From contig CAVSAC010000012.1 in assembly GCA_963725865.1 (NCBI GenBank), positions 416,001-480,000 of the forward strand: DNA of 64,000 nucleotides. The letters are read 5' to 3'. The stretch comes from Candidatus Eiseniibacteriota bacterium. Lineage in GTDB: Bacteria > Eisenbacteria > RBG-16-71-46. A program made the translations under genes and the position numbers. The notes under the pieces were generated by a model that saw only the letters and a list, made by a program, of their open reading frames with translations, ran no database searches and was not told the origin of the DNA. Below, one piece after another: positions 61,252 through 64,000 of the stretch (the first letter of the stretch is position 1; every line of letters begins with the position of its first letter).

Positions 61252-62670
61252 TCAGCGCGCGAGCATCACGCGCTGTACGACGCTCGTGCCCTCGCTCGTG
61301 AGCCGCGCGAGGTACAGGCCGGCGCCCACCGCGCGGCCGCTCGCGTCACGCCCGTCCCACACGCGGTCGTGCGCGCCGGCCGGCAGCGCGTCGTCGACGA
61401 GTGTCGCGACCCGCCGACCGCCGATGTCGAACAGCACCAGCTGCGCGCGACCCGCGCTCGGCAGCGTGAAGCGCAGGCGAGTGCTCGCGCGCATCGGGTT
61501 CGGCATCGGGCGCGCGAGCGCGAGTCCGCCGCCGAGCGCGGCGCGCGGCGCGCCCGCCGTCGGCAGCGGCACCAGAGCGGCGACCCGCGAGAATCCGCCG
61601 AACTGCCCGATCACCACCACCACGCCATCGGCGCCGACCACATGCGCCTGCTCCAGCGTCCAGCCCGCGCCGGATGCGTCCGTCGCGGCCGCCAGGTCGA
61701 TCGGGACGCCGTTCTCCCAGAGCTCGGCGTGGTAGGCGCTCGGTCCCGCCGGGAACGAGTACGTGAAGCTACTGCCCGTGACGATCGCTCCGGTAGGATC
61801 GACTCCGAGCGCGGTGCTCGCGTTGTCGCCCACCAGCGGAGCGAGCGGCGTGAGCGTGTGCGCGGGATCGGCGCTCCACAGCGCGCCCAGCGAGTAGCCG
61901 AATGACTGATACAGCGTGCCCACCACGTGGCCGGCGTCGTTGAGCGCCTCCGGCAGGCAGTCCACCGCGTCCGCGGGCGGCAGGATCTCGGTCGGGGTGC
62001 GCGCGGCGTCGTTGTCCCAGAGGATCGGGTGCGGGACGTCGAACAGGAATCGCGCGGTGCGGCCGAGAATGCGGCCGCTCTCGTTCATGCCGACGCCAAA
62101 CGTCCAGCCGTTGCTGTCGGCGCCGAACGGCAGCGGCAGGATGGTGCGATTGAAGCGCCCGGGATGGTTGGCGTCCTCCTCCCACATCACCGCCCGCCAC
62201 GACTTCACATTGCCCGAGCCCGAGCCGGTGCGCGATCCGCTGATGAGCCCGGCGGAGTTCACGCCGAGCGCGTAGAGGTTCGCGGAGCCGTCGGCGCCGC
62301 GCTCCAGGTCGAGCGGCGCGCCGTCGCGCCACAGCGTCGCGCGCGGCGGCGCGACCGAGGTGTTGCTGCTGCCGACCACGGTTCCACCGGCGCTGATCGC
62401 GAGCCCCGCGCCCTGGGTGCCGCCGGGCAGCAGGCCGATGTCCTGCACGGTGTAGCCACCGGCGCCGTCGGGCGTCCATGTCACGGCGCTCGAGGTCACG
62501 CCCTCGCCGCTCGAGCCCACGATCGCGCCGTTGGCGCCGATCGCGTAGGCGAACGTGACGTGGGTGCCGGGCAGCGTCGGCAGCGGAACGAGACGGTAGC
62601 GGGGGGCGGCGCTCGCGGAGGTCGCGAGCAGGAGGGAAAGGAGGGCGGCGACGAGGCGGCGCTGCGGCAT
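61252..62670 (-). CDS. Secreted HAF-repeat-like beta-propeller protein with FlgD-like CTD
   Basis: Signal peptide; repeats of the form A.gIn..G.VVG.S...A.LW; PMPNP...LFDIGGRRVATL...WDGRDASGRAVGAGLYLARL. Confidence 0.85.
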   Translation of the reverse strand: MPQRRLVAALLSLLLATSASAAPRYRLVPLPTLPGTHVTFAYAIGANGAIVGSSGEGVTSSAVTWTPDGAGGYTVQDIGLLPGGTQGAGLAISAGGTVVGSSNTSVAPPRATLWRDGAPLDLERGADGSANLYALGVNSAGLISGSRTGSGSGNVKSWRAVMWEEDANHPGRFNRTILPLPFGADSNGWTFGVGMNESGRILGRTARFLFDVPHPILWDNDAARTPTEILPPADAVDCLPEALNDAGHVVGTLYQSFGYSLGALWSADPAHTLTPLAPLVGDNASTALGVDPTGAIVTGSSFTYSFPAGPSAYHAELWENGVPIDLAAATDASGAGWTLEQAHVVGADGVVVVIGQFGGFSRVAALVPLPTAGAPRAALGGGLALARPMPNPMRASTRLRFTLPSAGRAQLVLFDIGGRRVATLVDDALPAGAHDRVWDGRDASGRAVGAGLYLARLTSEGTSVVQRVMLAR

Positions 62671-62842
62671 GGCGAGATCCTCGGGTTCGAGTCCTGAGCC
62701 CGATGGGGGAGGCATCGCGGCTCGCCAGCGGGAGGTCGGCTCCCGGCTTTGTCGCCATCAGAGGTGGAGGAGTTGGGCGTCCTGATACACGACGGGCGGA
62801 GTGGACCGAAGTCCGCCCCGCCCGCGCGTGATCGCCCGCGAC

Positions 62843-64000
62843 TCAGGGCAGTCGCACGATGCGCGTCACGCGGGTCGCCACGCCGGCGGAGCCCTCGATC
62901 AACGCGCGTGCGAATCCGATGCCGCCCGGGGGCAGCGCATCGGCAGGCGCGGCGAATCGATGCCGTCCGACCGGCAGCGGCCCGTCCGCGAGCATCGCCA
63001 GTCGCCGGCCGCCGAGGTCGAACAGCTCGAGCCGCACGCGGCTCGCCTCGGGCAGCGACAGCTCGAGCGCCGGCGTGTGGCCCGGCGAGTCGAGCGGCGC
63101 GAGGGCCAGCGCCTGCGGACCGGCGAGGCCGGGCCCGCCGGGCACGTCCGCGAAGCCGGGCTGCACCACCAGCCACACCTGGTTGCCGTTGTAGTGGGCG
63201 GCGAACTTGCCGAGCGCCGCACCTCCGCCGAGCGTCAGGTTCGCGAACGTGCCGACCCGGGTGCCGGCGGTCATCACCAGGAAGCTGTCACCCGGGACGG
63301 CGTTGTAGTTCGCGAGGATCCGGATGTCGAGCGTGCCGCCGAGCGTCGCGGTGCCGGAGATCGACACCAGGTCGCCCTGCGCGATCGTGTGGTCGCCGAG
63401 CTCGATCTCGACCACGCCGCTCGGCTGCACGGTGAGCGAGAGCGCGGTGAGCTGCCCGGCGCCCGGGCCCGGACGCATGCGGCCCGAGAGGTCGACGGGC
63501 ATGGTGATGGTGCCGTTGCCGGAGAGCAGGCCGTTGGTGAGGATCTGCAGCGGCGCGCTGGTGGAAGTGGACAGCAGGCCGCCGCCCACCGCGACCTCGC
63601 CGTTGACCTGTGCTCCGAGCGTGGTGTTGAAGTCCACCGTCGCGGCCGCGGCATCGAGCTTGCCGTCGATCTTCATGAGCTGGGCGGCACCGCTGCCGAG
63701 GTGGAGTGTCGCGGTCGGCGCGACCGAGGCACCGGCGTCGACCGTGACCGGGGCGAGGATCGAGCCGCCGCCGGTGAAGCCGCCGCCCGAGAGGAAGCGG
63801 ATGAGCGTGCCTTGCGTGTGCTGGCCAGTGCCGGTCAATGTGCCGCCGAACGACAGGCCGGCCCCATCGGCGTAGATCGAGCCCAGGTTGGTCACCGGTC
63901 CCTGCACCGTGCCGCTGCCCTTCAGGTAGCGGTTGAGCTCGACGTTGATGCCGCTGGCCGGCCCGCGCAACGTGCCGCCCGACATCGACACGGTCCCCAC
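62843..64000 (-). CDS. C-terminal part of a large secreted Gly/Thr-rich beta-helix (autotransporter-passenger-like) protein with FlgD/T9SS-like CTD
   Basis: LSGNGTI...PG...DLVSISGTATLGGTLDI...GTF, then LELSLPEASRVRLELFDLGGRRLA; starts beyond the window. Confidence 0.8.
   Translation of the reverse strand: MGTVSMSGGTLRGPASGINVELNRYLKGSGTVQGPVTNLGSIYADGAGLSFGGTLTGTGQHTQGTLIRFLSGGGFTGGGSILAPVTVDAGASVAPTATLHLGSGAAQLMKIDGKLDAAAATVDFNTTLGAQVNGEVAVGGGLLSTSTSAPLQILTNGLLSGNGTITMPVDLSGRMRPGPGAGQLTALSLTVQPSGVVEIELGDHTIAQGDLVSISGTATLGGTLDIRILANYNAVPGDSFLVMTAGTRVGTFANLTLGGGAALGKFAAHYNGNQVWLVVQPGFADVPGGPGLAGPQALALAPLDSPGHTPALELSLPEASRVRLELFDLGGRRLAMLADGPLPVGRHRFAAPADALPPGGIGFARALIEGSAGVATRVTRIVRLP

Overview
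Very GC-rich bacterial chromosomal window with about 40 genes, no rRNA, tRNA or CRISPR. Five secreted proteins end in a FlgD-Ig/T9SS-CTD-like tail. Together with Bacteroidota-type outer-membrane barrels and ECF sigma/Ser-Thr kinase pairs, this suggests an FCB-group candidate lineage such as Ca. Eisenbacteria (inference only). Gene order: partial outer-membrane receptor; three secreted hypotheticals (one disrupted); cyclic beta-1,2-glucan synthase; an approximately 11 kb sigma-54 envelope/stress block (NtrC-type activator, hybrid kinase, OMP, glycine-zipper lipoprotein, small membrane proteins, PA2779/C39 peptidase/TPR, DoxX); cspA; FabH-like synthase; Npt-type transporter coupled to a kinase; BlaI/M56; an 890-aa coiled-coil protein; an internally deleted beta-carbonic anhydrase; two ECF-kinase modules; a PQQ-dehydrogenase/pentaheme cytochrome fusion; TonB receptor; DUF2723 protein; DUF222-like/HNH gene; two secreted proteins. 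The most notable unannotated signals are non-coding: (1) a Cys-rich leader peptide plus terminator upstream of the beta-CA, (2) a ~60-nt element shared by the cgs and cspA leaders, (3) several sigma-54 promoters, two with an identically spaced tandem enhancer, and (4) a tandem BlaI operator. All calls are by eye, with no database searches.
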